In this document: piece by piece, positions 1-19,169 of the stretch
Position numbering within the stretch: the first letter of the stretch is position 1
How the letters are laid out: the number at the start of each line of letters is the position of its first letter
From: Azolla caroliniana
Lineage: Eukaryota > Plantae > Polypodiophyta
NCBI GenBank assembly: GCA_043228905.1
Contig: JBHGNT010000014.1
Coordinates: forward strand, 13,578,001 to 13,642,000
Reading direction: 5' to 3'
DNA: 64,000 bases
The notes under the pieces: model-generated
Databases searched by the model: none
What the model saw: only the letters and a program-made list of their open reading frames with translations
What the model was told of the DNA's origin: nothing
Translations under genes and position numbers: made by a program

Positions 1-868
1 TAGAATGAAGGAAACTAATAAGGAGATTGAACAATTTTCATGTCAAGACTATTTCTGTGGTTTCCATAGAGTGCAAGTAATGTGGAATAAACATGGCCAA
101 TTGGAGCACACATATTTAGAAGATCAAAAAATCCATTAAACATCCTAAGCACAATGAAAGAAGTTAATGTGAAATTCAAACAAATTTCATGTCAAAGTTG
201 CATTACCCTTTGGCTTCCATATTATGACGAAATGTGCCAATGAAGAAGCATAAAAGTGACGTTGGTTAACCTAAAATTATCAAGGATATTCCTTTGAGTT
301 TGAAGCTAAGTTCAAAGGAGGGGAAAGCATATTAGAATTTTCAATGAGAAATTGGAAGTTGGAGCATACTTTGATACTGATTGTGTGTTTTGATTATCTA
401 ACACAGCCATTTTTGTGGTGTGTCTGGAACTTTTTCTTTTGTATGGGTAAATGCTGTTCTTTTAGTATTCTGTTTCTTTCATTACATTGTGCATTCAAAA
501 CAAAAAGCTCAAAAAACTGTTGTTTTTTGTTTTTCATGCAAACCAACAGTGTCTTGGGATCTTCTAAAACTCATATGACCAATGATTTTATCCATATTGT
601 CTTTTCTACCACACAAAACAGAATAAATTGTATAATTTATATTTAAAATTTCGAACGTGCAAAGTTAGAAAAACAAGTTTTACCCATAAGTTCAAATTCC
701 TGTATTTGAAATTTGTTTACTTAATGGAAAATGTAGCAAATTTGAAAGTTTTGCTTCGAAATAACTTTGTTCACCAAGTGTACAGATAACTTTTTTTTCT
801 TTACAAACGCAAATCAGCCTTTTTCTGAACTCTTGTGAATCGGAGTCTCTTATGTTACTCATTGGTAG

Positions 869-2174
869 GTACCAGATACCTTTCCTTTGCTAGCTGCAGC
901 GGATAAGACATTGCTAGCTCAAAAACGAGGCAGTTTAGTCACCCGAACTCTTCCTTCTGAATTTATTTACAACTATTCTGGTTCAAAGCATGTTAGTGGC
1001 CTTATATTTAGATTTTATAAACTCAGCAATTTCATTTGGTACAATATTCCAGTGTTAATGAGCTGCTTTACTTTCATTTTATTGACACCAGATCACAGAA
1101 TCACTACGAAGATGTGGTATCACAGAAAGCTCAAACTATATTTTGGTTGCCCGATTTAATGCAACACCTGAAGAGGTATTTCTTGAAAGGTGGTCATTTT
1201 TGTCATGTGTTGATATTTCACATTACTTCCTGTCCTTGGTAATACATATTGTCTTTGATCTTTCTGTGAATATATTGCAGTGTTATATTATACTTTTGAT
1301 TCGTGAGCTATAAAGAGTCTTATTGAATGTACTCCTAAGGCTATATGGTATGTAATGAGGTTTAGAAACATAATATTCATAACATAATATCCATGGTACA
1401 TGATGAGAAATTGAGAGATCCTTACTACCATGGGGACTTCGAACAAAATTCTGGAAACAACATTACCTTGGCGTTTTAAAATTAAATTTTTTTTTCTCTC
1501 TCAATGCCACCAAATACTGCTTTTCAAGTACAATTGCCCTATCTATATGGGTTCAAAGGTTTGTAAAATAAATGAAAAGCAATTCAACTGCCTTAGTTCT
1601 GCTCTTTCTCAAAGGTTATGTCTAAGAAATGTTCTTCTCTAACTTTGACTTCCAAGATGTTTCCATTTCATTTTTCTTATGGAAATATCCAAAAAGTGCA
1701 CAAGCTTTGAGTTATCATTCATTACATCAACTATATGAAAAACCATCCTCTTGCATAAAAGTCTACATTTCTCTCATGGAAATGATTTTAAATGACGATT
1801 GATTGAAGTGTGTCATTTCTTCCATAAATATATGTATACTCTACTCTACTTAGGTTGACATGGCAAGAAAACTAGTACATGGTAATGAAATTGATTTGAA
1901 AGAGTTGGAGTCAAGAGCAGACAAGTCCTTGATACAGAAGGTATGATTAATTTTATTTCTATTCTAGGGTTGGATTCCATTTTTCTTTTTCATGTAAAAT
2001 GGTTTGTCATACACGGGTCACCTCATGTTAGAATAAGAAATAAGGAGGCAAACACTTCTTTTTTCTGATTGGCTAAATTTGTTGCAGCATTACAAGATAT
2101 CCTCTTTGGAACTAGAGATCTCTAGTTTAGCTGATGCTATAACATGTCGAATCGCAGCTCGGGATGCATTATGA
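869..2174 (+). CDS. CGI121: EKC/KEOPS complex subunit CGI121/TPRKB, 3' part only (exons 869-991, 1092-1175, 1854-1940, 2088-2174; 5' exons lie upstream and were not identified)
   Basis: Four GT-AG bounded phase-0 exons join to VPDTFPLLAAADKTLLAQKRGSLVTRTLPSEFIYNYSGSKH|ITESLRRCGITESSNYILVARFNATPEE|VDMARKLVHGNEIDLKELESRADKSLIQK|HYKISSLELEISSLADAITCRIAARDAL*, matching the plant CGI121 C-terminal half as I recall it. Confidence 0.92.
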
Positions 2175-3751
2175 TACCTTGGGGAGTTGAAAAATATATT
2201 TCATAACCTACTGATTTGCGAGGATATAGTTTCTTGTATCATCCAATGCTAGGATATGTAGATTAATGCATGGTTCAACTGGTTTGGATATGAGTTTATG
2301 TAGCCTTTAAAGCTACAACTGGCTTGGTTATGTGCTCATCTAGATGTTCATGCAATTTTTAGTTACTCTTTTTTGGTTCAGAAAACACATGACTATTTCA
2401 AGGAAAATTTCTTTCTTAACCAGGATGATCCAGTGGAAGGTTAAAATTCTTTCTAAGAGATAACTATCTAATTTGTTGCCAATCCAATGTGCGTTTAGAT
2501 CTGGGGATCATGTTGCCACGTTAACCTAGCTTGAGTGTTGTAATTTGCAGTAGATAAAATGTGGTAGTTAGTGTACTAAGGTGCTTCATTGTTTGAATGT
2601 GCCTCTATACAAAAACCTGGTTTTCATTTTTCATGCATCTATTTTTAGAGTAGTGTTTGTTGGAATCAATACCAAATCATCGTAGTGATCTTTAGTTTGT
2701 TTATTGAACAAATTATATAATCCAAAGAAAAGCTTGCCCGACTTGCCTGGATTTTGACTTGTCGGCTTTGCACTTCCAAGGTAACTATATATAATGCTAT
2801 GCTAGCTGATTGATTGCATTCTAGTATATCTGTCACTGAACTGCTTATTTTTAATAATGGGGTTGTGGGAGCCATGAATTACATGAATTAGTCCAAAAAA
2901 CTTGAAATTGACATGGGATATGGTAGGGTTGTACCACCCTCTCTTTGTTTTTATAAAATTATGTGCACACATGGTAGCCTGAAATTACATGTATCTTTTC
3001 CATGTTTGTGCTCTTTGAAATGTGTCATTTTTGGAATCCATATAATCTTTAATAGCCACAACATTGAATCCTCCTGATTATACCGCATTGCCATGGTATT
3101 GGTATGTGAGAAAAGCAAATAAAGTGAACATCTGAAATAATTTGCATAAATAGTTAAGTTTGATGTCTATAGATATGTTAATGAAATTATTGTTTCTTGC
3201 ATTGAAGAGAATGTGTATGTGAATGACATGGAACTCTCGTGGCCAACCACAAGGCACACCATTCGTTCAACATGTTAATGCAACACAATTGTTTTGAAGT
3301 GGTGATTGCTCTATAAGATGATGAAACAAAGAGAACCCGTTGGTTGCAATATTGTCATTAATGCTCATCTATATCATGAGTGTACAAACTTTACAAGTAG
3401 TGGTATGGAAAAGGTGCTCTTCATAAAAATGAAACCGTTAGTTGGAAATATTTCACAAGGTGATGAAAGTATGACAAAAACATGCAAAAACTTCCTATTA
3501 TATATATGGCAGTTCTCAAAATTTACTCTTAGTTTGGGTCACGGGTGGGAAATGAAGCTTAGCTTGACCAAGTAGATCAAATTATGTTTAAAAACATTGC
3601 TTACAATTGCCAAGCTCCTTTGCCAATTAGTCACAAGGAAAAAACTTTGTCGGATATTGTTTTCAAATGCTTCATTCTTTTTTTCCCAATTGCATTTCTT
3701 GATAGTGCTTACAAGTACCATTTTCCATGAAATCTCTATGAATATTCAAAA

Positions 3752-3756
<5 letters not shown>

Positions 3757-3800
<44 letters not shown>
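3757..3800. repeat. (CT)n microsatellite
   Basis: Perfect CT run seen directly. Similar runs at 41830-41862 and 48479-48520, (TA)n at 4813-4841, (AG)n at 63721-63746. Confidence 0.95.
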
Positions 3801-3806
<6 letters not shown>

Positions 3807-4660
3807 GAGGGTGGTGATTATTAAGGATGGACACATCCTTCAGGCAATGTCCATCTATATGATTCTCGTAAGCGTGTTTCTCTCTTAATGATATATTAGC
3901 ATCCATGAGGGACCATCATCCCCCCTCTTCCAAGTAGATGGGAGCCATTTCTAAACAAATGAAAGAAAATGTTAAAAGCTCAAATGAAAAACGAAGCTTC
4001 ACTCCAAATATCGATGGATGGATGTTACATGAGCGTCTTCATGGTGGAGTAAGTCTAGTGGTCACCTGGCACACAATAGTTCCATCCTTGTTAGTTCTTG
4101 AAAAGGTTTAGGTCGGCCGTCATAAGAACTCTTCAGAGTTCATGGAAGATGTCCTTGGGGCGCATTCATGCCGACTTGCCATAATATTGAGAAGGTTGAT
4201 GCAACCGAGGCTACACAATTCCCGCACATCTATCTTTCTTCCTTTTTCCTACCGGTTTCATGTTGGCATGTGCCCGGCCGTTGTTTTAAGATCTTAGGGT
4301 GCACGGGAGCCGACATGCGTGTGATGGTCGGGACTCAAGGCATTGGTCAGGTCTTCTTCTCTTTTGAGGGGTAATTCGAGGAAATACTGAAAAGTTAGAC
4401 CAAAAAAGATGTGTATATATAAATGAGTAGAAGCTTCTGGAAAATGCCGGCAAAAAAATGAAGCAAGGAAAATCGAATAATAATAATAATATTATCATTA
4501 TTATTATTGTACACGTGGCAATATGCTATTGGATGTGTAGGCGCAGTAGTAAAATTGGAAGAGAGATGATGCGTCTGCTGCTTCTGCTGCTGATGAAGAA
4601 GAGTCAGGGATTTCTGTTTGTCTGTCGATTTTCTCTTCTTGGAGCTTCTCGGAACGAACG

Positions 4661-4809
4661 ATGTTGTTGATGCAGGCGAAGATGAGGAAGGATCGATTCT
4701 CTATATCTCTGCTTAGTGTCGCGTTTCTTCTCCTTTTCCTCATACATTTCGCAGAAGCCAAAGATCTGTACAAGGTATGTCTTTGCAGCATCTACAGTTC
4801 TCTCGTATA

Positions 4810-4848
<39 letters not shown>

Positions 4849-7800
4849 TTTGCATTCGTGCGCCTATGTATGCTCATAATGCGTATATAATTTTCTATGA
4901 AATCAGAATTTTGTGTCGTTTTCTCTACAAAGATCTCTGCATTGTATTGGTTTAATAGCGTCTATATAATTATTTCTTTTTGTTTTCTTTCTTTCTTCTT
5001 TACACTAGAATTTGTTTTACGTTTTTCCCCAAAGTATCTCAACGAAGTATGTTTTTGAAGCTTCTACGATTAGAAAAAAAATCTTTTTTATTTCATGTTT
5101 CTTCAGCACAACGATAACATATTTTTATTGTTGAATTGTTTAGATTGTTTGTATTATTCTGTTTTGAAAGTATTTCATTTGCTTCTCGGTGAAATATTCT
5201 AGAAGTTGTGCTCTTGTTATCTCTTGCAAGGGAGCACCTGGTGATACGAGAGCATCAAACATGATGCGTTGATCTAGCACCTAATCAGCCATTAGGTCAA
5301 GTTTCAAGACTAAAACTTACCGCAACTTATTATATTCCTCGGGTGTTCTCGTAATAAATGTGTGCTCAACGTAGTTTTACAGCATATTCTTAATAATGGG
5401 TAGATAGCATATCTATAGACTTCTCCCTACCATGGTTCATTGAAATACATATTTTGTGCCTTGTACTTTCAAACAGAGCAGGACAAATAGGGCTATATCT
5501 CATGTTCTGGAAACTTAAATACTAGCATGAAATGGAATAAATAGAAGATATTTCTTGCTCCATTAATTGCTAGTTGAATGTTGTGGAAAGTTGACTAGTT
5601 AGTTAGCCCAATAATTCTATGCTTTTAGGGTGCTTAGGAATCATAGTAGGCTAAAGAATCTTTGCAAAATTCTATCCTTTTTATAACTTCATACACTGAA
5701 AATACATCTTTGATGTCACCAGTAATGTTATTGTACAATGAGAAAACCAGGGATGAAATTTTGCTATCTCGTTTTTATCCTCAAAACTTTTTGAAAAATT
5801 GTCTGCAGTTGAGAAGAAATATAGAAGATTACGAATTTTATTCACCAGAAGTAATAAAATGTTACAAATAGTTGAAAATTTGCCAATGTTTCTACAATTT
5901 TAGGATTTCTAACTGATAGATTTTGCCCAATCATTTATACTTAATGCTTGTTTGGGGCTCCTTGTTCTCTACTGTTGGAATACTCAATTTTATAAGAAGA
6001 ATTTATGGACATATTGTTAATTTATATAGTTCAAAACGACTTGAGATCAAATTTTGGTAGCATCAAAGTTACTAACTCAAAATGTGAGCCTTTCGTTTCA
6101 TTTGGAAGTTTGAAGCTTACCATTGCTTATAATTCAGATTTTAGGTGTGGAGAAAAATGCGAGCCATCGAGATATTCAGAAGGCCTTCCACAAGTGAGTT
6201 TCTGTAACATTTATTTTACTGTAGAAAATTTTCAAGAATTCCGTTGTTGGCCATTGCGTAGCACCACTTGAATACAAGCAAGTCCATGGAGTAGTTCTTA
6301 GACTAAATTTTTTATGATGCGATTAATTAAAATATGTATTTTTGGGGCATGTAAATAATAAATGTTACGTTGAGACTGTTTTTCTATCATGGACAGGTTG
6401 TCTCTGAAATATCATCCTGATAAGAACCCTTCAAAGAATGCTGAAGGAAAATTTGCTGAAATAAATAATGGTAAGCTAACTTTTACTTTGCTATAATCTC
6501 TTCTGTATCTCTAAGGCAAAGATCTAATCCTTGGATCTCAAAAAATGAATGTTGATATAGTGTGTGATGTGGACTATATTAAACGATAAGAGTAGCCAAT
6601 CATGTCTTGTTTTTAATGTATCTCTAAATAGTGAAAATCCTTTGAGTTGTTGTAAAATCTAAGCTGTATTGTTAGGTTTTATGCAATGTACTTCTCATGC
6701 AAAAGATTGTTGAGCACTGTTGTCAATGCAGGAAATGATTCCACAAATGTGGATGCAACAAAGTTTTCTATCAAATGAACAATTCAATACGTTAAAAGTT
6801 AGGATCAGGTGTGCATGGTATGTTCTCTAGAAGTTTTAGCAAATGAAGCGATGTTGTGGAAATAGCCTGATTGTAATAATATTGAATGAACGTGAGACAA
6901 ACTCCCGTCTGGTTGGAATCTAGAGGCTTCACTCTTTTCAGTTTTCGTATTCTTTTTGTGACACATGTTCAATCTTAAAAGTCTTCAATATTGATGCTAT
7001 TCTCATCATAGATGCTATATTAGCTTATCTTTCTTACTATCAGTCACATGGAAAGTGAGTCTTATCTGACTTAACTGAAAAACCTATATATTCATGCATA
7101 CATTCATATACATATTATATAGATATACATACATATATATGAAAAGATGAGAGGGAGATTCATGACATGCCGTATTTATATTTTCTTCAGCTTATGAGGT
7201 ATTGTCAGATGATGAAAAACGCAAAAACTATGATCTTTTTGGAGATGAACAAGGTCGCCCAAGGGGTTCGGATGCTTCTGATGCTCATAATGGTGGCTAC
7301 AATGACTATGATAAAAAAGGAAAACATGGTGGTTCCCAAGGATGGAGCCAAGGTGGTTCACATGGTTGGAGGCAAGGTGATTCGCATGGATGGAGCCATT
7401 TCAGTTATTCGTCAAATGATGATGATGGATACAGGTTTGAACAGAGTCAGCATGGATTTGGAGGTGGGGATGGCTCTTATGATGAAGGGGATCGTTTCAG
7501 TTTCCCATTTGGAAGTAACTTCGAAGGACAGAAAAGGTCGTCTTTTAGCTTTGGTGGAAGTGAAAGCCCCTTTGAGAATCTTTTCAACAGCTTTTTCGGT
7601 ACAGCACAAGGTGGGAAATCTGAACAGCAGCGATTTACAAGCTATACCACTGGCAAGACTAGGAAAAAAGAAAAAACTGGTTATCGAGAAGGACATGAAT
7701 CTACCACTGGCAAGACTGGGAAAAAAGAAAAAACTGGTTATCGAGAAGGACATGAATCTAGCGACTTAAGCGAGCAGCTTAATCCAAAATCCTTTGCAAA

Positions 7801-10298
7801 TAGAGTTTTAGGCCAGTTATACACTTGGGCGATTTTATTTACTCCCCATGTCTCATGGGAACTCAGGGAAAGGCTAGAGCTTTTGGAAGCAATTTCAGAA
7901 AGTCTTCGTGGGAGTATAAAGGTTTGGTTCTCACTACTTTAGGTGATAGCTTCCTTCTCTTGAGTTTTGTTTAGATGCTATCTCATATTTTGTCAGTGTA
8001 TTCTGTGAACCATGTACTTCTGCCTCACAAACATGAGTAATTTTTCGTTAATCATATGCATCATGGACTTTGTCACTTGATCTGACATGCTATTTCATAG
8101 GCTGCCAGTGCATTCTGTGACCCATGTATGTCTGTCTCACTAACATGATATGTGTTTCCTTAATCACATGCATCACATCATGGAGCATTCCGGAGGTTTG
8201 CTGATTTGCCTTATAGCAGCTATGCAGTATGTAGTTTGAACTGTGTTTTGCTGGATCATTCAAGAATCCATAAGATTGATGCGAATGCTTTTGAAACCGT
8301 GGAGCCAGACATCTATTTTGTGTTCATGTAACGTGGGTTATGTAGAAGCATTGCAGCTCAATTCTACATGTCTCATATTAGGTGATAATAATGAGCCAGA
8401 AATAAGCAATCCTTTGCATACAATAGTTTGAAAACTGTGAATATGGTTAAATCTCCATTAGATCTCATGCAAACCACCTCATCTGTCTCCTCATAAATAG
8501 TACTTCAAGGACCTTTTCCATTTTATCTTTACAGTATTAAACCCTACATTTCTCAAATTTATTCTTGGTCATCAGGCATAACTGGCTGTCAACTCCTTAC
8601 CTTTCCTCAGAGAGAGAGAGAGAAGTGAGAGGGAAAAAGAGATATTATTATGTCTTCAAAGGTCAAGTATGACCAATGAGACCAAAAATATAACAGTTTC
8701 TCATAATAATTGTGAAATTGAGTAGCAACTCTTGATGTGAGACTGTCTGAGGGAGAGGAAGATTTGATTTGCAGGTTGGATATATCAACTGTGAGAAGTA
8801 CCATGAGTTTTGTAAAGAGTATAAAATGTGGCCACTGAAGACATCAAAGTTGCTTGTTTTCTCTTTGAGGAGGAATGGAAAGCTGGGTGCATTAGACTAT
8901 ACTGGGAAGTGGTCAGAGAAGGATGTAAAGAGTTATTGTGTAGAAGCATTGCCAAATTTTTCCATGCACATGGAAAGCATAGAATCATTGAATGCTGAAA
9001 TTGAGGATGTGGAAAGTAGTTCTGCCGTGCTTCTCACCCAGAAAAAAGCAGCATCAGCAATGTGGCGTGCCCTAAGTGGATTATTTCATGAACGCATTCA
9101 TTTCTTTGATTTACAGGTTTTTATACACTGGCATTTTTTAACTCCTAATGTTCCCTGGTGTTAAATTTTCTTGAACCATAAAAAGGACAATAGCAAAAGA
9201 GAAATAGGAAACAGGATAGGGAAACAAGAAATTATTTGCAAAGTGCAGTATGGTGTATTTCCTCTTAGGGATGGCTTAACATTTGAAAGAGAAATATTAG
9301 ACTAGAAGAACATTTTGAAAACATGATCAATGGATTAAAATAAGAGCATGAAATATTTTCACCTAACTAGGAGCTAAATTATCCTACCTTTTAAATATTT
9401 TAAACAAGAATTTCAGGACCAATAGATTGTCTCCAGCCCTTTAGAGATTTCTATTGTAAAGAGAGTTGAGGGCTGCCAAGAAAGGAGAAGCAAAAATGCT
9501 ATGAAACTGGAAAAGTAAAAAGATTTACTGAATAATTTGATGAAGAATATATTCTTGCAGATCAAGGATTATGATACAATAGCTAAGATGTTCAGGGTGG
9601 ACAGTTTTCCAGCTATAATAGGTGTCTACCAAAACGGGGAAAGCAAAGTTCTTGCGGATGGCATCATGCTAGATCAAACTAATCCTTCAGTTGATGATCT
9701 GAAAACAGTGCTGGAGGAATTTGAGAAGAAGAGCAAAGCCGCAGGAACCAAGAAAGCCAAAACAAAGGAATCAATTGATGTAACTCATTTGACGAAAAAG
9801 AACATGAGGACAATATGCGGTGAAGAAACACCTTTGTGCGTGATAGGAGCCTATAAATCCTCTAAAGGGATGGAAAAAGTGAAACAGATTCTGGAAGAGG
9901 TTAGTTACTCAAGTGTTTTATTTGTGTTGCCCTTGTTATGTGATTTTATTTGGCATTTTGTATGCCTATGGATGTGTATCAAGGAGAGATTCTTTTCGGT
10001 GGATATACAGATATCTCATAAAACCTTGATTAGGAGAGGACAGAATTCAGGTGCATCGAAAAACCCCATCTCCTTCTGTATTGTTGACGGAACAAGGCAA
10101 TCAACATTTCTCAATTCATTTCATCCTTCCCTCTCGAAGAAAAATGGTGTCATATTGGTAGCGTACAAGCCGAAAAAAGGAACGTTTATCTCTTATGATG
10201 GAGTACTAACCCTTGAGAATGTGGAAAACTTTGTGGTTGAGGTTCTTAATGGCGACCTTCATTTTAACAAAGTTTCACGTGATCCAGTGTTGGTTTGA
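4661..10298 (+). CDS. ER-luminal DnaJ protein with thioredoxin-like folds, ERdj3A/TMS1-like (exons 4661[or 4682]-4774, 6138-6193, 6397-6470, 7191-7921, 8775-9116, 9561-9899, 10011-10298)
   Basis: Signal peptide (FSISLLSVAFLLLFLIHFAEA), J-domain KDLYK|ILGVEKNASHRDIQKAFHK|LSLKYHPDKN...FAEINNAYEVLSDDEKRKNYDLFGDE with HPD motif, G/F-rich linker, then VGYINCE, SAMWRALSGLF, FRVDSFPAI, ICGEETPLCVIG, LVAYKPKKG. Splice phases are consistent. Confidence 0.9.
7646..7760 (+). repeat. 57-bp in-frame tandem duplication inside the DnaJ exon (TTGKT[R/G]KKEKTGYREGHES x2)
   Basis: Two near-identical 57-bp units starting at 7646 and 7703. Confidence 0.95.
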
Positions 10299-12820
10299 TG
10301 ATTATGTTTCTGATCCTTACAAAAGTATTTCAAGCTAAAAATCAATCCATACTGTCTTTTTTACAGCCAGTTGTTTTTTGCATTAGTGCAACCCCAAATT
10401 TCAATGCACTACGATATACCCAATTCATGCCTGTACTCCCCTTCGAGGGACAGTTTTGGGTTCAAAGAGTAATTACAGGGAAGAGGAGATATAACCCTCA
10501 GTTGTATATCTGTAGGACTATGTATATATGATTCTGGTCGATTGTACAATCCAAACATCGTTTTTTAAACTTCGAGCATGGCAATACAAGTGTGTTAACT
10601 AAAGTTATATTTGCAGCATAACTAATCATTTTCTCTTTTTGTGAAGCAATGCAATATGATTTTTGCTCAAATCTGAGTTTCGAACATAAGAGCACCCCAA
10701 AAATGTTAAGTAGGAATATAATATTGTATTTATCAGAATGCATAGGAGGCAAGACATTTGGAAGCACTTCAATTCATATTTCATTATTAATGATTCGTGG
10801 TCATCCATTGGGAGAGCAGTGATTCCCTTGGTTCATGTTATTTTATTAGAATCCAGGAAGTCATATTTAAGCTAGAATTTTGTTTGATGGACTATCATTT
10901 CAGCATTAAATGATCTTCAGTTGGTCATGATTGGAGATCTAGCTGATGCAATAATAAAGCCTCATCTATATTATAGGTTTTGCTGTGAGGAATATAAGTT
11001 TTTCATGAAGCCTTATTTTGTTGTAGTAATTTGTAGCATTTAAGCTAAAGTAATTATTTGAATCAGAAATTATAGATATTTTATTTGTTATCTTGCTTTA
11101 TGTGTGGTAGTAACAATATGGTAAAATACATAGAGCCTTATTTAGATATATTGGTATCATCACTTACAGCCCTCATAAAGATATTCACTCAACAAGAGTA
11201 TTAAATAACATAATAGATTGATGTGGTCGTGTCTAACAAACCTCAGTCTAGATACATTGGTATCACTTAAAACCTCCATTAAGATGTTCACTCAACAAGA
11301 GTATTACATGGCGAAGATTATGAAGTTGGAATTTGTCTCAAGAAAGCATCACCACACATGAGCATCATTCTTAAGTAAGTCACTCATACCAATTGAGTGA
11401 AAGGGATATATCACAAGGGAATGGAACCACTTTGATCCCAATTCAATGAAAATATTTGCCTAAGACTTTACAACTTGTACAAATGAATTTCTCCCCACAC
11501 TGAGCAAATGATAAATCATGTTTCCCCTATTGATTCATGAAGATAGACATACAATGTCAATCCATCAAATGCTCGAAACTGTCTTGTTTGTTTAAGCAAA
11601 TGCTATCTTTATACATTTTCCTAGATGCAACAACAAATGACCAATCACTCATAATCTTAACTTCATGTCAAATTGAAGAGAAAATCCTACGTGGTTTTAG
11701 AGTGTCACATGTATCCATTTCTTCACAAGAATAATCACTTCTTCACACAATTTGGGCTTGGTTCTTGTGGCTATACACCAATCATTCTTTTCCATTACGA
11801 ATATTACACAAGAGATTTTCATGCATGAGGCAAACAAAATGGTTTCATATTTGATCCTACGAATGTTTTAGTAACCTCGTGGAGTATTTAATGTGATTCA
11901 CGTAAATGAGGTTTTTGTCTTTCTCTTTTCTTGCATGGATCTTCTCTTAGCTTACACACATAAACAAACATAACATAGGAGTGACAAGAGGACTACTTTG
12001 CCATATTGCCATCCAATCTATAGCCATCCCTATATACAAAGATGTACCCAACTTAGGCTACCTATGGATAACGATTATTGAATGTAGTCATCTTGTTAAT
12101 TGCCCTAATTTACTTGACTATATATGTTCATTTTCACTAATATGTTCTCATTGGATGTTATATAGTTGGGCAACAAACACCTCATAAATATAGATAGTAC
12201 CAAACATCAAGTCAAAAGGACATGTAGAGAAGGCCCCCATGTGCTCTTATGTGTATTCATGCTTCCTTGCATTGGGGTGTTTTAACTTGCGGTGAGTGCA
12301 TGCCCCCCGTAGTTTGACCTTAGTTCTAGGGCAGGGGCAGGGGACAGGGCTGGAGGATTTCATCGATGGTCGTCGTCATCGGATCACACAATCTCCTGCA
12401 CACGTAGTGTAAACCCTCGTCTTTTGCAATACCAAGGTCGAGGGCAGGGGTAGTGTAGGCAGGCAAAGGCCGGGGCCAATAATGCGAGGCAAAAGGGGAA
12501 ACTTGGTGAGCAAGGTGCTCGACGAAAAGGAAGGAAGGAAGGAAGGAAGGAGCCTACAAGACACACACATGTACACACACACATAGAGACAGAGAGAAGA
12601 AGAGACAAACACACAACCTGAAGAAATCCATTGTTATTCATAATTCTTATAACTTCATTATGTATTATTGCAGCAGAGAGATCTCTTCTTCTTCTTCTTC
12701 TTTCTTCTTCTAGAAAAAGCATAAGACTATTTGTTATCAGATTAGAGCTTCTTTTGTCCTCCTTCCCCTGTTTCTTTCTCTTCAAAACAAAAAACTACAG
12801 AGGCGGCCCATCCACCTATC

Positions 12821-17536
<4,716 letters not shown>

Positions 17537-18627
17537 AACATGTGGCCAAAATCGGAAAGAATTCCCATGTATACCTTTCTCTCTCACCTTTGTACAGTGC
17601 TCATTTAAACCATGCCATCAACTGCTGGTGAATGATCTCCTTTGTTGCAAGGATCAATCGTCAATTTATTTTTGTTTCTGTTGTTCTTGTTTGGGTCAGA
17701 AGCTTTCTATAAATGTACCCTTAGAATGAAAAAGGTTTTTCACTTGGGTGTATTAGTGGCCCCCCACCACATACACACACACAGATGTTTTGATGCATCT
17801 GTTCATACATAAGAATGCAGCTGTTTTTTCTGGACTCTGTTTTAGGTTCTCATTGATTATGAGATCTGAACTGTAAACCACCCCCCAAAACAGGGGATAA
17901 CAAAAGATGTATATGTTTTGAAATGTTCCAGGTGCAAAACATCAAATAAGGTGGTATGTATACAGTTTTCTCTATATTATGTATATATTTTGTATTTAAC
18001 TATACATATATTGAATGAATTATTTCCTCTATTGAGAGCTTTGAACACAATTCAGTTGAATTTTTGTGCTCTCATTAAATTGGTGAAAACTCTTTGCACG
18101 TTTTTTTCTTCTCAATGGTGGTTGAGAATGAACAATAAATTATTAAGATTTCTTTATGTTCTGATTTTGGCATAGAGTACTTGTGTAAGGTCAATGTTGA
18201 TCGTTATGAAACATATTTATCCGATAGTCATGAAGATTTCCATCCAAATTGGAAGAAAGAGATCCTTGCTGCTCTACTTTTCACTAATCTTCTTCTTGTT
18301 GCTATTGGTTTATTTGCTCAGCGATGATTCCAGAAATTGGGAGGGATTGACAAACTGAGAACAAAAGACATTATGATGTGAGAATTTAATAATTATGAAA
18401 AATGAATCATGAGATTCAAATGATTGATTAAGTTGAACTTGCAAAATTTGAAAAATGGGAATGCTTGACCTTTTCATATGTTCTATTTGATTGATCTTAA
18501 ATTGCTTTAGTTTGCTAAGTCTATCAAGACATGTACAGTTGCAATGCAACACAACACAACACAACACAACACATGCCCTACAAACTTCAATATAGCTTCA
18601 TGATTGAAAACCATCCATGGATCATAT

Positions 18628-18846
18628 ACTATTATCTCCATATGGCCTTTTGCATTTTGTCCCCCCTCTCATTGCTCGAGAACCCATTTGAAACATTCTT
18701 TTGAAACCTACCAAATGCTTGATTCGAAATCTTAACACTATTATCTCTATATGGCCTTTTGTATTTTGTCCCCCCCTCTTAATGCTTGAGAACCCATTTG
18801 AAACATTCTTTCGAAACCTGCCAAATGCTTGACTTGAAATCTTAAC
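18628..18846. repeat. ~109-bp two-copy tandem duplication
   Basis: actattatct(c/t)...gagaacccatttgaaacattc...aaatcttaac repeated at 18628 and 18737. Confidence 0.9.
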
Positions 18847-19169
18847 GAATGTTTTGTTGTCGTAGTGAGCATTTTAATTAACGTTAAACAAATAAAAAGG
18901 AGAAAATAAGGAACAAAGGGTGTTAGACCACTTGATCACCCCCTAACAAAGATATAGATCCAGTCCCCCGTCGATACCATATGATCGAGTTCAGGCTTAT
19001 TGTACCTTGGGTTTGAAGGAGGAACACATAGATGTAACTAGAGCTTTGCGACACTATTAGAGTCTCTATATAATCAACTCTCCCTTCATGAGGGTACATT
19101 AGGCTCAAACCTTTGGTCCTTAGTTGTTTCACACTTAGAATACTTTGTGGAGGTGGACAAGTCATGAAA

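Noticed and set aside
11330-11760. Possible decayed PPR or LINE coding remnant
   Set aside because: No motif could be reconstructed convincingly by eye.
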